A stretch of DNA of 63,984 nt, counting the filler, from Folioceros fuciformis (lineage: Eukaryota), in the NCBI GenBank assembly GCA_049999805.1. It is 5 parts of 3 records of this genome, joined end to end, with 100 filler letters (N's around TTAATTAATTAA, not from the genome) between each part and the next. Parts side by side here need not be neighbours in the genome. Positions count along the whole stretch, not along the records: positions 13,555 to 32,593 come from JBNGIO010006230.1; 4 more parts are not named here. One strand, 5' to 3'. The notes under the pieces were generated by a model. The model was not told where the DNA came from. It saw nothing but the letters and a program-made list of their open reading frames with translations, and made no database searches. Made by a program: the position numbers and the translations under genes. Each line of letters starts with the position of its first letter. Positions within the stretch are counted from its first letter, which is position 1. Positions 13,555 through 25,283 of the stretch are shown piece by piece.

Positions 13555-15260
13555 GGCTGGGGCTGGGGCTGGGGCTGGGCCAGGAGAATGCTATGCTATG
13601 CCATGCCATGCCATGCCATGAGTTGTGATGGTGCCATGGGCGGGGCTCGCGTCCCCACGTTGCTTGCTACATAAGCAGCACAGCCTGGATCGAGCAGCAG
13701 CCTCCACTCAGAATATGGATGCATGTAGGTTCTAGGCTGTGTCTGTGTGCAGTGGATAAGATAAGACGCAAAAAAATTTGTGGGATCAGCAGGCTTTGGG
13801 CGAATGGACAAGGCCCCATGGTGTGCTATGCTATGCTTCTCCTTCTGATGCTCCATGGAGGTCCTGGCCTTCTCTGCTCTGCTCTGCTCTGGTCTAAAAA
13901 TGTACTCGTGAACCAGCTGTCTCTGTAGTACACCCTTTGCTTGCTTCTTTTTCACGCCTGGTCTGGTCTGGTCTGATCTGGCCTGGCCTGGTCTGGTCTG
14001 GTCTGGTCTGGCCTGGCCTGGCCTGGCCTGGCCTGGCCTCAAAATCCTCACTCAACTTGCAGTTCCCATGCCCATGACATGCGTGGTGAGGTACCATTGT
14101 GCTTTAGTTTGAGGAATAGTGAATGTATGCAACAGAAGGGAAGGGAGGGGAAGGGAAGGGAAGGGAAGGGAAGGGAAGGGTGCCCATAAAGTGAAAGTGA
14201 GAAAGCACTGAGGACAGATTTGTGCTTGTCGTATTTTTGTGTACCTGGAAATATGTTGTGAATATAGAATGGTGTCTTGGTTTGTAAACCCCATGTACGA
14301 GGACACAACGGCCTGGCTTGTGTCAATTTGGACCTCACATGCCACGCTTTTCGTACACACCGTTCGTATGCGCAAGGATATGGCACGAGCCAGCAGCGCA
14401 GGCCAGCCTGCTGTAAGCGTGCCACACCTCTGCACAAGCGCAACCTTCCTTTGTCATCATGCCACGCTCCTCTTCTTTATCCTTTTCCTTCTTTTCTTTT
14501 CTTTTGTTTGGGACAAAGGTACGCACATAGCGAAATTCGCATCCAGCTTTTGAGATTTTGTGTGTCATGCGCTATGCTATATACTATAACGCTGACTTCT
14601 CATCTCTTATCTTATCTTCTCCTTCTCCTCTTATCTCCTCCTTTCTCCTCTCTTCTCTGCTCTGTTCTGTTCTGCTCTGCTCTGCTCTTCCCCCTCCTCC
14701 CCTACTACCCCCTCCTATTGTAGACTTGTTGCAGTATCGGTGCATTTCCCCGCGAAAAAGAAGAATCGAACCGGAAGCCCAAGAGCCCAGGAAGGAAGGA
14801 AGCCCAAGAGGCGACGAGACCGCCATCTTCATCTACATCTGCGCACTGCGGTGAGGCCAAAGGGAAGATGTGATCGGTTCCAGCTCCGCACCTGCACGCG
14901 TACCTGCGTGACTGCCTTTGCCATGCCCAACGCGTTGCACACCGGAAATGACAAACTGTGGGGAAGGGCAGCAAGGGCCCTGGGCCCTGGCCACTGAGCA
15001 CTGCGGAGTAAAGTAAGCACACGAACCACAAGTGCGTACGATTGTCAAGTAGCCCTCTCCCTTTTCTATTTCTCTGCCAACACGGGTCGAGAGTGGAGTT
15101 GTTTTGAGACACGGGCCACACTGCCCTTCTCGCTCGTGAACGCATTTGGTTGGAATAAAGATGCTGATATGAGCCAGCCCAGTCCCAGCCCTGGCCAGCC
15201 CCAAGCCCAAGCCCCAGCCCCGGCCCCGGCCCCTGCCCCTGCCCCTGCCCCTGCCCCTGC
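13555..15260. repeat. Dense cluster of penta-/hexanucleotide microsatellites
   Basis: (GGCTGG)n 13555-13580, (ATGCT/ATGCC)n 13588-13620, (CTCTG)n ~13872-13891 and ~14655-14687, (GGTCT/GGCCT)n 13958-14040, (GGGAA)n 14137-14180, (GCCCCA/GCCCCT)n ~15200-15260. Confidence 0.9.
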
Positions 15261-16171
15261 TTGTACTAAATCAAGTCGGGGGACGGACTCCAGCGCCTTT
15301 GCTACAAAGCGCATGTTCAGGTCAATGTGCCTCACGAGCTTCACACTCGTTGCATGTTTGTATGTACGTACCCTGCATACAGACATTATCCCGTTCCCGA
15401 CCCAGACCCTACTGAATTTGCCGGACTTCCAACCCGGGCCCCTCGCCTTCACCACCTCACGACTACCTATGCATCTCACCGTCTCTACAATCCTTTTCGA
15501 TTGGATGTACACCATGCTTTGTGGCCACATACATCTCACCCACCAACGTGCTTCAAATTCTTTCTGCTCTGGATTTTCGTGGATGAAATACCCTTCCTCT
15601 TCACCTTGCATTCACTCAATTACTCTATCGCGCTGTGAACCTCAAACGTCAAAGCCAGTTGGGAAGCGAGCTTAATCTTATCATCAAGCGTCTTTGCTAG
15701 CAATGAACTTGCTTGCTCGCCTACTCAATTTCGGTATCAAACGTCTTAGGCGACTTGGGAGGGGAGATTAATCTTATCATCTAACGTCTTAGCCAGTAAC
15801 TAACTTGTTCGCTTACACCCACAGGGCTTTATTGTGGTAAGCCATGCACCTGGCAGGCACTGTGGAAGGTCTTACTGCAGAACATCCGCTTTGAATTTAA
15901 TTTGTTAGGTTCGCTTCAGCTCGGAAGCGAACCTTTCAGAAATTCTTAGAGGCCCTTTCAGGCCGTCTAAGGGGGTTTGGAAAAAGTTTTCAACCAGCAA
16001 TTGACGCGTCTCGGTATACCCTCACTAGCTGCGTCATTGCCCCAAGCGCAAAGACAACGACAGAAGGGCAGAAGGGTCCCTTATGACGTCGCATTCGTCA
16101 CATATGGATTCTTCCGCAATATGGGTTATTCAGGACACGAATTTCCCAACCCATTACATTACTTCTACGCT

Positions 16172-16756
16172 TCAGCGGTCACACTCTGCTTGCGGGCTAC
16201 AACTACACGGATTGGGCTCCGACACCACCGGGCTCTCCGCGCTGCCGCTCACAATTGTCTTCAGCTGGTCGATGCTACTCTGAAACACATTTCCTATGAA
16301 AGCTGCAAACTTCTGCTCGGAGACCTGAGCACAAGGTGCCATCTCGTAGGACAAGGACACCGTGGTCCAGCCCGGCTCAGTGCCTTCCTCCAGCTTCCAC
16401 ACGCCCAGGTACTCCTCCAGCTTCATGTTGCCGTCCACGATAGTGTAGGAATAGGTATGGTTGTCCGCGTCCATGGCCACCAGCTCCTCCACAACAAAGC
16501 TCCCCTTGAGGGGCCCAGGCCCGGTGCCCACAACGTGCCGCACCGCTCCAGGCTTTTGGGCCTCCCCTCGCACCAGGGTGGAGCTCAAGTGCGGGAGCCA
16601 CCGATCGAGCCGGACGAAGTCGGATGTCAGCTCCCACACCTTGTCGATGGGTGCCTTCACTTGATCCACAACTGCCAGCTTCCACTTCTTGCTCTCTTGG
16701 GCCAGCGGACTTCCCTTTATGCTTAAGCCACTGGAGGTCACTGTCCGGAACATCAT
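16172..16756 (-). CDS. SRPBCC / Polyketide_cyc2 (START-like) protein, lachrymatory-factor-synthase-like, single exon, ~194 aa
   Basis: VKAPIDKVWELTSDF..L.RWLP, GEAQKPGAVRHV, VVEELVAMDADNHTYSYTIVDGNM and a C-terminal helix fit the helix-grip fold. First in-frame ATG at 16756. Confidence 0.85.
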   Translation of the reverse strand: MMFRTVTSSGLSIKGSPLAQESKKWKLAVVDQVKAPIDKVWELTSDFVRLDRWLPHLSSTLVRGEAQKPGAVRHVVGTGPGPLKGSFVVEELVAMDADNHTYSYTIVDGNMKLEEYLGVWKLEEGTEPGWTTVSLSYEMAPCAQVSEQKFAAFIGNVFQSSIDQLKTIVSGSAESPVVSEPNPCSCSPQAECDR

Positions 16757-17694
16757 GGCAAGTGAGGGGTAGGGAGAATCAGTCCCGCCTGTCCCGTCCC
16801 CACCCAAGGCTTGCTATGTAAACGCTGGAGTCGGATGGCAAGTCCCACTTTACGGGATATCCTCCAGCGCAAACATCGAGGTCCCCGCCTTGTGCTGTGC
16901 GTAAGTGGCATTATGAAGGAATCATAAGAGCATGGCAATCCGAGGCGCTTCCAAATGTGTGGCCACGCGCAACAGCACTGCTTTCCATGCAGGCCCGTTT
17001 TCCATGGAGCTCCGGAGCATTCAGAGACCTGTGGATGGATGGTCCTGGACGACAGGAAGCTGGATGTACATACAAATGTACATGGGCAGTGCAGCTGCGT
17101 TGGAATCTCTATACATAATCTGGGGGAGTGCGGTCGTTCTGAACGTGAATTAGCTGGATGTACCAGCTCGGCAGCAGCTGTGTGGGAATCTCGATACACG
17201 ATGTGGATTGAAGTTGGGACTGCTTTGAATTAGGGTGGATCAATGCAAAGTGAAGTTTCATTTACAAAAACCGGTTTTGGAATGATCTTCTGTTTTCGGG
17301 AAGTGCCTTCCTTACCTGTAGCACGGTGGTGTGTTGCAACATCTGGTATAGACAGAAATATTCGATTTGGGGGATGGTATGCCTTGTTGAAACGTCCGAT
17401 GCTGGCTTGGTTATGCGAATTAGTACAACGTGACGACACCTATCTGCAAAGCCTGGCGGCAACCTATCTGTTGCTGCCATGGCAGATGTAGGGAACGGCG
17501 AAGGGGGTCCAAACACACACTTCGAATGGTGAAGTAAAACCCTAGCTAGGTTCAGCCTTGTGTCCCTGCTACGCCGCAGTTCACCGGCTCGCTGATCCAG
17601 CGTGTCGAATTTTTCAGGTGATTGGTGTATGAGTTGCAGGGAAGTGAATTTGCTGGAATTGGTGGGTTTTGACGTGCGGTGCTGATCCCAGGAC

Positions 17695-18625
17695 ATGAGC
17701 TTGGCACTTGTGCAAGACTACTCCTCCGATGAGGAAGTGGAGGAGGGGCAACGCTGGCCCTCGGACAGTGGAGGAAGTGATGAAGAGGCTGCTCCGCCCC
17801 GTCCAGAAGTGACGGTAGAACCGCCTGTTCCTCCCAGACCCGAAACACCATCGTCGCTGCCATCGCCAGCACATCTGTTTGCAGAGGTAAGAGATTCCAT
17901 CGCACTAGTCTGAATGTCTTGTGTCGAGCCCTGTGCTTACCCTAGTCGTGGAGTGTAGGTCACAGGGCCCCCGGAGTACCTCAAGTTTGCTGCAACAGGG
18001 CCACTTTCGCGACCTGTTGTTCGGAGGTCTCCCCAAGATGCTCAAATTGTTGCGGCTCCTGCATTGAATGGGCAGGACCGTAAACCTCCGTCTTCCGGTA
18101 TTCCACTACCTTTCAGTTTGGGAAAGGAATCTCTAGAGACCTGGCACCCCTCCGCTATCGATTTGTGCTCAACAATGGTGTACGCTGCAGGCGCTGTTCT
18201 TGAAGCAAAACCTCGGTCCCTGGATGAAGCTGACAAAGAAACCAGTGCGTCCCCGGAGGTTGGACGTAAAGTGTCGGGAGCCAACCTGCCTCCTCCTGAG
18301 GAGGCTGCGAGTCTTTTAAGGTCTGTTGAAGAGCAGTGGAGGTTTGTTGCCCTTATGGTGGAGAGTAGGGCTGATGGGTTTCCACATGGTTTTGTTCCTG
18401 CACTGCAGAATGTGCTTAAAATGTGGCGTGCCCAAGACTTTCTCCAACACTATCGGAATGGTTTGCCCCATGTGTAACGACCGGCCGGAAGCAGGAGCAG
18501 ATCCTGACAGGAAGAAAAGGTCTTTGGTGAAAGACAAGGAAAAGAGCAAACGAATGAAAGGGCAGTCGTCTCACGCCTCTTGGAAGAGTGAGACAGAGAT
18601 GCAACTTCGACAGCAGTTTGACTGA
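17695..18625 (+). CDS. Plant protein of unknown function with acidic/Pro-rich N-terminus and C-terminal CxxC..CxxC motif, 4 exons
   Basis: MSLALVQDYSSDEE start. GT-AG exons 17695-17886, 17959-18097, 18191-18320, 18409-18625 join in frame. C-terminus CLKCGVPKTFS..GMVCPMCNDR..KDKEKSKRMKGQSSHASWKSETEMQLRQQFD. Confidence 0.85.
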
Positions 18626-19054
18626 GATCAAATATTGCACACAGTTGCGAGGGTTTCGACGTCATCGACACTATCTCTAGTCCATTTACTTAGACAGTGG
18701 GTCCCCAGTTTCCGTCTCAGGCAAGCTCTCTCTCTCCTTCTCAAATACTGGCTTCAGTTCCTGCACCGTTTTGGCCGAGGTGGGGGAGGAATTTGATCTT
18801 AGTTGCAGGGAAGGAATTTGAACCTAGTTGCAGATGGTCTCAACTCGTATTCTTTTGCACGCAGTCCTTGAAGCATATTAAGCTCATCAGGTTCTCTTGG
18901 GCAAGTTACTGGACGCCGAAACCTGCTTTCTTCTAGAAGGGTTGTGGTTGGTGGATTTGTGAATGTAACACTACCTGCACTCATGTACGTAGCATCGAAA
19001 GTGTGAGGAGAAGTCGTACGTCAGATCAGCTCCCTCGAGGAGTTTGCCTAGGTA

Positions 19055-19951
19055 CTACGTATTCTTATTCTTCTTCAAGTCCTCTAGGACTGCGTTTCTG
19101 AACAATGCTACGTCTACTGCACCAGCAACCATGTCATATCCATGCTCAAACAAGAAGGGAGGTTGGTCTCGCGGGGTCGCAAATCCGGCAAGGAAAACCT
19201 TTCTTTCGGAAGCCAATACAGCCCGCTCTGCCTTTCTCAGGAGCTCTTCTGGTCGCTCGTCTTCAGGGCTCCTCAACAGGCCTAAGCTTGCTCGCAAGTC
19301 GGCAGGCCCCATCATCAGGCAGTCTACACCTTCGACTGCAGCGATTTCAGGGATCTTCTCAACAGCCTCCTTGCTCTCCACTTGACACATGATGAACAAT
19401 TCGTCCTCACAGTGCTCTAGGTAGGATTCGTCCAAGCCATACCTGGAGGCTCTGACAATGAAGGCAGCATTTCCTCTGATGCCCTGAGGAGGGTAGCGAC
19501 TGGCAGCAACAGCAGTCCTTGCTGCTTCTGCATCTTCGATCATAGGAAACATGAGTCCCGCCGGTCCCACATCTAAAGCCTTCTTCACCAGCACGGGGTC
19601 GTTGTACGGGAGCCGCAGGATGGCAGGAGTCCTAGTCCCTGCCAGTGCTTGAAGCACTGGGACCGCGGACATGACATCTCCAGGGCCGTGCTCCATGTCC
19701 ACAACGACGTAGTCATAACCTCCATAGCCCAAAATCTCGGCAATCACAGTCGAGAAGCTTACCATGAATGCTCCGTATAGCTTCTCCCCTGACTTCAGTC
19801 TGGTTTTGAGCGATGGGGATCGCTCTTGCCGCACAGACAGTCCTCGTGTCCTACCCACTGCTGGGGTCGCCTGTGCCATCCTCGTTTCCATGTGCTGACG
19901 AACCCAAACGTTGGGGCGCCAGAACGAACGTTTTGCGGCCAGCAAGAGCAT
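19055..19951 (-). CDS. HpcH/HpaI aldolase family protein (2-keto-3-deoxy-L-rhamnonate aldolase-like), probable organellar presequence, single exon
   Basis: AEILGYGGYDYVVVDMEHGP, KKALDVGPAGLMFPMI, RYPPQGIRG, IMCQVES, GVDCLMMGPADLRASLG. Start is the first in-frame ATG (19951); downstream ATGs are possible. Confidence 0.93.
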   Translation of the reverse strand: MLLLAAKRSFWRPNVWVRQHMETRMAQATPAVGRTRGLSVRQERSPSLKTRLKSGEKLYGAFMVSFSTVIAEILGYGGYDYVVVDMEHGPGDVMSAVPVLQALAGTRTPAILRLPYNDPVLVKKALDVGPAGLMFPMIEDAEAARTAVAASRYPPQGIRGNAAFIVRASRYGLDESYLEHCEDELFIMCQVESKEAVEKIPEIAAVEGVDCLMMGPADLRASLGLLRSPEDERPEELLRKAERAVLASERKVFLAGFATPRDQPPFLFEHGYDMVAGAVDVALFRNAVLEDLKKNKNT

Positions 19952-20559
19952 CTGCCACGATCTCCAGTCTGCAAGCTGCTGACGTTGTAGAGAACCAACC
20001 GAGTGCGGCAACAAACAGTCCTGCAAGCCCCGCAAGCCCACCACGTGCAAGCTTCAAATGGTTGGGCGTACTCCCTGAGATGCATGCGCGTAGAGGCGGA
20101 GTTATGATGCTCTGATTTCAGAGGAATTGCATTAAATATTGCTGAAGCGACGGAGATTGGGGCCATCTCGCAGTTCCTGGGAACACGGCCCACGGAAAAG
20201 TGAAACTATCTGTCTAAAACATATAAATCAAAGAGATCGAAGTTAATCATCCGCCCCACTTAGCCTACCTTACCTTCGTCGCGGGTAGTGACGGGCATTC
20301 CTTGCCGGCGTTTTTCGAGTAAATTAGGCATTCTTCAAGTTTCTAAGACTTCTTCAAGGTTTTATCTCATGCGTTGAGTCATTAGAGGGTGTTTTCCCTT
20401 TATAAGTATTTTTTAGGTAAGTGAAGGATTCTCTACCTTTGGAGGCTCATTAGGCTCTACCTTCTTTCCAAGTATGTTTTAAGCAAGTGAGGATTCTCTA
20501 TCCTTGGAGACTCGTGAGGCTCTACCTCTTTTCACCTCCTTTTTCAAGAGTCTCCAAGC

Positions 20560-21515
20560 CTCTCTCTTAGAAAACAGTATGGCCAAGCACTAAGAGCGCT
20601 TCTTTCAGACTCATCCATCCCTAGGTCTTCTCGAGCTCATATTCAATCTTGTTCAAGTAAAGGAGCGGGCTAATGGCTTTTAGCTCAACTTGCATCCAAG
20701 CGTTTTGAATCGCACCAGCAACTTTTGCTATCGCAATGACTTTTCGCTTAGGTTTGGCCCACCCGTTTGTTTTTTCTCTCTTTACATGCAATTATGGGGT
20801 TGCCATTGTCGATATAGGGTCCCATCTTGCACATTGTCCACTTGGGGGCATCATATTATCACCCATGATGCAGTTCGGGATGTCATATTCTCAATGGCTA
20901 GGGAGCTTGGGTTTCTTCCACATAGGGAGCATCCATGTACTTTATGTTAAAGGTTCACTTAAAGCCGACTGTTTTTCACTATGGAGGAACAAGTTTGTGT
21001 TATTGATGTGGTTGTTATGGATCCCACTAGGCATTCGATTTGTGAGCACATCATCATTAACCCCCCTGGTTGGGCGATGGAGGGTTATGCAAGTGCCAAA
21101 GTCCATAAGTATTCTCCCCTATAAGACAGGCATACTTTCATTCCTCTTGCTCTTGAGACTCATGGGGCTATGAGCAAGGACTTTTCAAGGTTTATCAGAG
21201 TAATAGGAATAGTATTCTCCCTCTTTCCTCTGTGGTGGCCTTACACCGACAAAGCGTATCCATTGCTTTGCAAAGAGCATTAGCCAATGCGGTTTTTATA
21301 ACAACAACAAGTGCAGGTCAAGCAGCTTCTTTGGCACCGGTTGTAGGTAAGCCTTTTGTTATTCCACATCATAACATTTTGGGAGCAGTAGGTAGTTTTT
21401 GAGAATGATATTCGAAAGGGCTAGTACCCCTTTTGGCCTTTGGCCTTGCTCAGGTTGTTCCTCCAATCTTTAGAGTAGATGAGACTTTCCATCTCCTTTT
21501 CAATAATAAAAAAAA
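20560..21515 (+). mobile_element. Decayed 3' part (Zn-knuckle/RLE endonuclease region, 3' UTR, A-rich tail) of a CRE-like non-LTR retrotransposon
   Basis: Frameshifted remnants LRLGLAHP, HLAHCPLGG, THDAVRDVIFSMARELGF, IDVVVMDP, QSVSIALQRALANAV, ending in TTTTCAATAATAAAAAAAA. Confidence 0.7.
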
Positions 21516-21529
21516 CTAATTAGAGACTT

Positions 21530-22536
21530 CGGAGGCCATGCTTTCTTCCTCTTTTGTTTTGGGGAAGGGTTGTGTAGTTCGAGAAAAGGAGTTGGTTCTT
21601 GGCTTCTGGCTAGGCCCTACTCATTCAAGCATTCCAAATCATAACAACATCTTTTATATCTGCAATGAGACCTCGCATGAGCTTAGTCAATCCTTTGGCT
21701 CGTTTTTCGTTCCGCATGCAATTGTGGGGTTGTTATTGATGACTCTAGATCCCATCTGGTGTAATGTCTCATCGAGGAGCAACACATTGTTGCACAGATG
21801 TCTTTCAACATCTCGATGGCTAGGGAGTGTGCATTTTTTTCATGCAATATACTTCATAAAAAGTGTCACTTATAGAAGAGCTCTTTTTTATTAGAGAGAA
21901 ACAGGTTTTTGTTGTGCCCATATACACTTCGTAAAAAGGTGTCATTCTGAGTAGAGCTCTTTTTTATTGGAGAGAAACATGTTTCTGTTGTCGACATGGT
22001 AATCACAAATTGCACCAAGGATTCCATCTATGAGCATGTCATGAACACTTAAGGCTTGGCAATGCATGTCAATGCAAGGATAAGCAACAAACAAGGTCCA
22101 CAAATATCTCCCATGTAGGATGGTCATTTTTTTTATCCACACTGGCTCTTAAGACCCATAGGGTTATGGACAAGGGCTTTTCGAGGCCTATCAAGATTGT
22201 ACAAAAGTGTATCATAGCCATGAGGTGATCCTTGTTTCCTTCATAGTGTTCCTTTTGCCAATGTATCTTAACACTTTTCTTTTGACAATGCATCTTAACA
22301 ATGCATGTTCAAGGCACTAGCATTTGTATCAATGATACTTGTAGGTAGGGTTTAGGGTCATTTCATATTATGACATCCCAAGAACGATCACTAATTATAT
22401 TAGTAGTATGAGGAAAAGCTGGTCCTACTGTTGGCCTTTAGCTCTCTTCGGGTTATTCCTCCTCACTTTTAAGATAGATAGGATCTCCATCCCTTTTTTG
22501 GGGTAGATGAGATCTCCCATCTCTTTTTCAATAAAT
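21530..22536 (+). mobile_element. Second, more decayed tandem copy of the same non-LTR element 3' region
   Basis: Shares ATGGCTAGGGAG (~21816 vs ~20894) and a 3' end (TTGGCCTTT..GGTT.TTCCTCC..GTAGATGAGA..CCATCT.TTTTTCAATAA at ~22430-22535) matching 21433-21510. Confidence 0.5.
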
Positions 22537-22709
22537 TGTATGAACGTCATGGATACAAAAGGTTTTGCAACTCATTGAGTCAACCATTAGAAGAGGAAGT
22601 TCAATAACATTGTGGCAGCATGTGCTTCCTCTCCAATGGAAGAGGAAGATATCACCCAATAAAATAGCAAGCTCATCTAGAAAGAAGTCAGATGACTTGA
22701 AGACATAAA

Positions 22710-23090
22710 TAGTGGTTGTCTTAAACCTAGTTGTTTATGGAAGTAAAAAAGAAGTGGTTTTCTTAAACCTAGTTGTTTAGGGAAGTCAAAAAGAAGTCCC
22801 AAGAAGTTATGTTTAAAGTTCTTTGTATTGTTCTCAAGCCTAAGACTTGAGAATAATACGAAAAGACTATGAAGAATCTAGAGCCCATAGTTGCACAAAA
22901 TGAATTTGTGAAAGATAATCAAGATATATGGCTGACAAGCATCTTCAAATTTCCAAAGGTTATTGATTCTTGCATCTAATATATTGTGTCATATCTTCGA
23001 ATTTCCACAAGTTATTGATATTTGGATCTAGTATCTTATATCACATCTTTGAACTTCCAAAGCTTATTAATTCTTACATGTAGTATATTG
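22710..23090. repeat. Short imperfect tandem repeats (~43 bp x2; ~52 bp x3)
   Basis: AGTGGTT.TCTTAAACCTAGTTGTTTA.GGAAGT.AAAAAGA occurs twice; ATCTT..AA.TTCCA.A..TTATT.AT..TT..AT.TA.TAT occurs three times. Confidence 0.75.
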
Positions 23091-24599
23091 AAATTTATTT
23101 TCCATGATGCAAGTATAGTTGGCAACTTCCTCAAAGGTTATGCTTTGGTGTTGTGAAAAAACTACTATACAAATGTTGTTCAAGGAAATCCAGCACATGC
23201 TATCACAAAATTAGGCCACATACCATCACAAATATTTTTGATTGTGCATCTTTCAAAGAAGCCCTCAAAAAATAGGTTCGACCTATCGTATAAATGTTTT
23301 ATGTTTGAAGGGCCCACTTTAGCTTGAAAATATCAAGTAAATGGAGATACGTAATAAAAAATGTAAATGCCTATAATGAAACTGTTTGTCATGTCAATGA
23401 GGATAACAAGGTACATTGTCTCATGATTGGGTTGAAAGATGGGGTGGCTAACTAAATTAGTTATATAGTCTAATGAATTTGGCAAGAGGCTGTTACAATA
23501 TCAAATGTTATTTTGAGTACCTTCCATTACAGTACATCCAACTCCTTCACAAAGATTTTGGGGAAATACTCGAAGTCATGTTCTGAGGAGAGTAAGCTCT
23601 AACAATGTTGGTGGAGGATTTGCCAACGACTTTGGTAAACAATTTGCTACAATAGTGGAAACTATGCAAAAATGGTGGAGAATTCATGAACAGCTTACGA
23701 TCACTAAAGTGTTCGAGTCGAAAGATCCCAAAGTGATAGGAACGACCACATGTTGTACATGATGAGTCTTTGAGTCCCAAGGATAGTACTATTTAAAGGG
23801 CAAGTGAATGTATGTGTGGTGTGCATACAATGATGCGTGAACGGTGAAGCAAGTGAAAGCTTCAAAAGGTTTTAAAGAAGGTGAAAAAAATTCAAAGAAG
23901 AATACTTCCAACATTGTGTATACATCTGTAGATCAAGTAATTGTCTTGAAAAGGTATTGTACATAGCTGCATAGGCTTTAGGTTGTACTTCAAGATGTGT
24001 AACAAACATCATAGATGATCTTACGATATAGTAGAAGTCATTGAGGACCATAATATCTTTCCAATAGGGAAGATAATAAAAATGAAAAGAGGTAAAAATT
24101 AATCTAATTATCTGCCCTTTTGGCTTGCTTCATACTACCTTGTTGACACACTTCATGTTCCCCTATTGCTTCGCATTACCTTATTAAAGATGCTTCATCA
24201 TACTCCTCGTTTATACATGCTACCTTATTCATACATGCTTCATGCTACTCTATTGAAGATGCATGTCTTATATAATGCCTCGGCCCATTGTCGCTTTCTA
24301 TAACATAGGTTCCATGAAAGGAGGTATTAGTTCTGGTGTTTCCGCAGGTGCGTCGAAGGACGCGTTACTCCGACAATGTCGCGTCCTTATCTCCAACAAC
24401 GTCACGTCTGAGGACGCGTTACTCCGACAACATCACTTTCACAACTCCGAGAAGTCACCGTGGACGACGAAGGTGTTCGATTTACAATATTACTTAATAC
24501 AACGAGGGAGCACTTATTGGTGTCATGCAATTCAAGCCCAAGACCTGTGGTTGCCAATGTGGCGAGGGAATATCGGTGACAAAGATGGTGTGTAGTGTG

Positions 24600-25275
24600 G
24601 CACAAATACAAGTGCTAGTTTTTCTATACAACCTACACATCACGTTGATCTGTGTCCATCTTCCTTCCTTTCCTGGCTGGAGTTGACGCATCAGAAGCTT
24701 CTGCTTCCTTCTTCTATTCGAAGGAATTAATTCATCCGAGTCCTTTGATAAAGTTGAGACCTCCTCTGTTTGGTGAAGTCGACACATCATAATCTTCTCA
24801 CTTCGTCTTCCTCTTGTTTCGAGCAGTTGATTCATCCGAAGCATGTGGCTTGCTTCCCATTTGGTGAAGTTGGAAGATTAGGAGCTTCCGACCTGGCCTT
24901 CTTCTTCCTCTTTTTCGTGCACTTGATCCATCGAAAGATTCTGTCCTCCTCGCCCTGTTTGCTGGAGTCGGCTTGTCAGGAGCTTCTGCCGCTCCTGCAT
25001 CCGGGAAGGCGGATCCATCTCTGGGTCTGCATGCTGCAGGCGCTCGCAGAGATAGATGAGGTAAAGGGGTAGTCAGAACACATAATGCCTCAGACAGAAC
25101 CTTGACCCTTTCTCATATCGGCATTCACGATTCACATCCTCTTCTTCATGACTATCATCATCTTCACTCGATTTAGGACCTGATCTGCAGACATTAGTAG
25201 CCGAAGCCTTGGTGGTAACCTTCCTACAAATATTGGAGATGGAATTGCTGGCACCTCTCCTGGTCACCCTCAGGG
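24600..25275 (-). pseudogene. Decayed partial duplicate of the C-terminal half of the adjacent RRP1-like ORF
   Basis: GCTTCTGCCGCTCCTGCATCCGGGAAGG and CTCTGGGTCTGCA.GCTGCAGGCG occur at both ~24982-25042 and ~25909-25984. Peptide NICRKVTTKASAT..EEEDVNRECRYEKGSRF parallels NIMRTATAEALAT..ELEDVSTQCRTEKRLRF; the copy contains stops. Confidence 0.75.
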
Positions 25276-25283
25276 TCTAAATC

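Noticed and set aside
19055-19951. Recent bacterial horizontal transfer of the intronless HpcH/HpaI aldolase
   Set aside because: Land plants commonly have this family, and the ORF has a eukaryotic-style N-terminal extension; nothing here indicates recent transfer.
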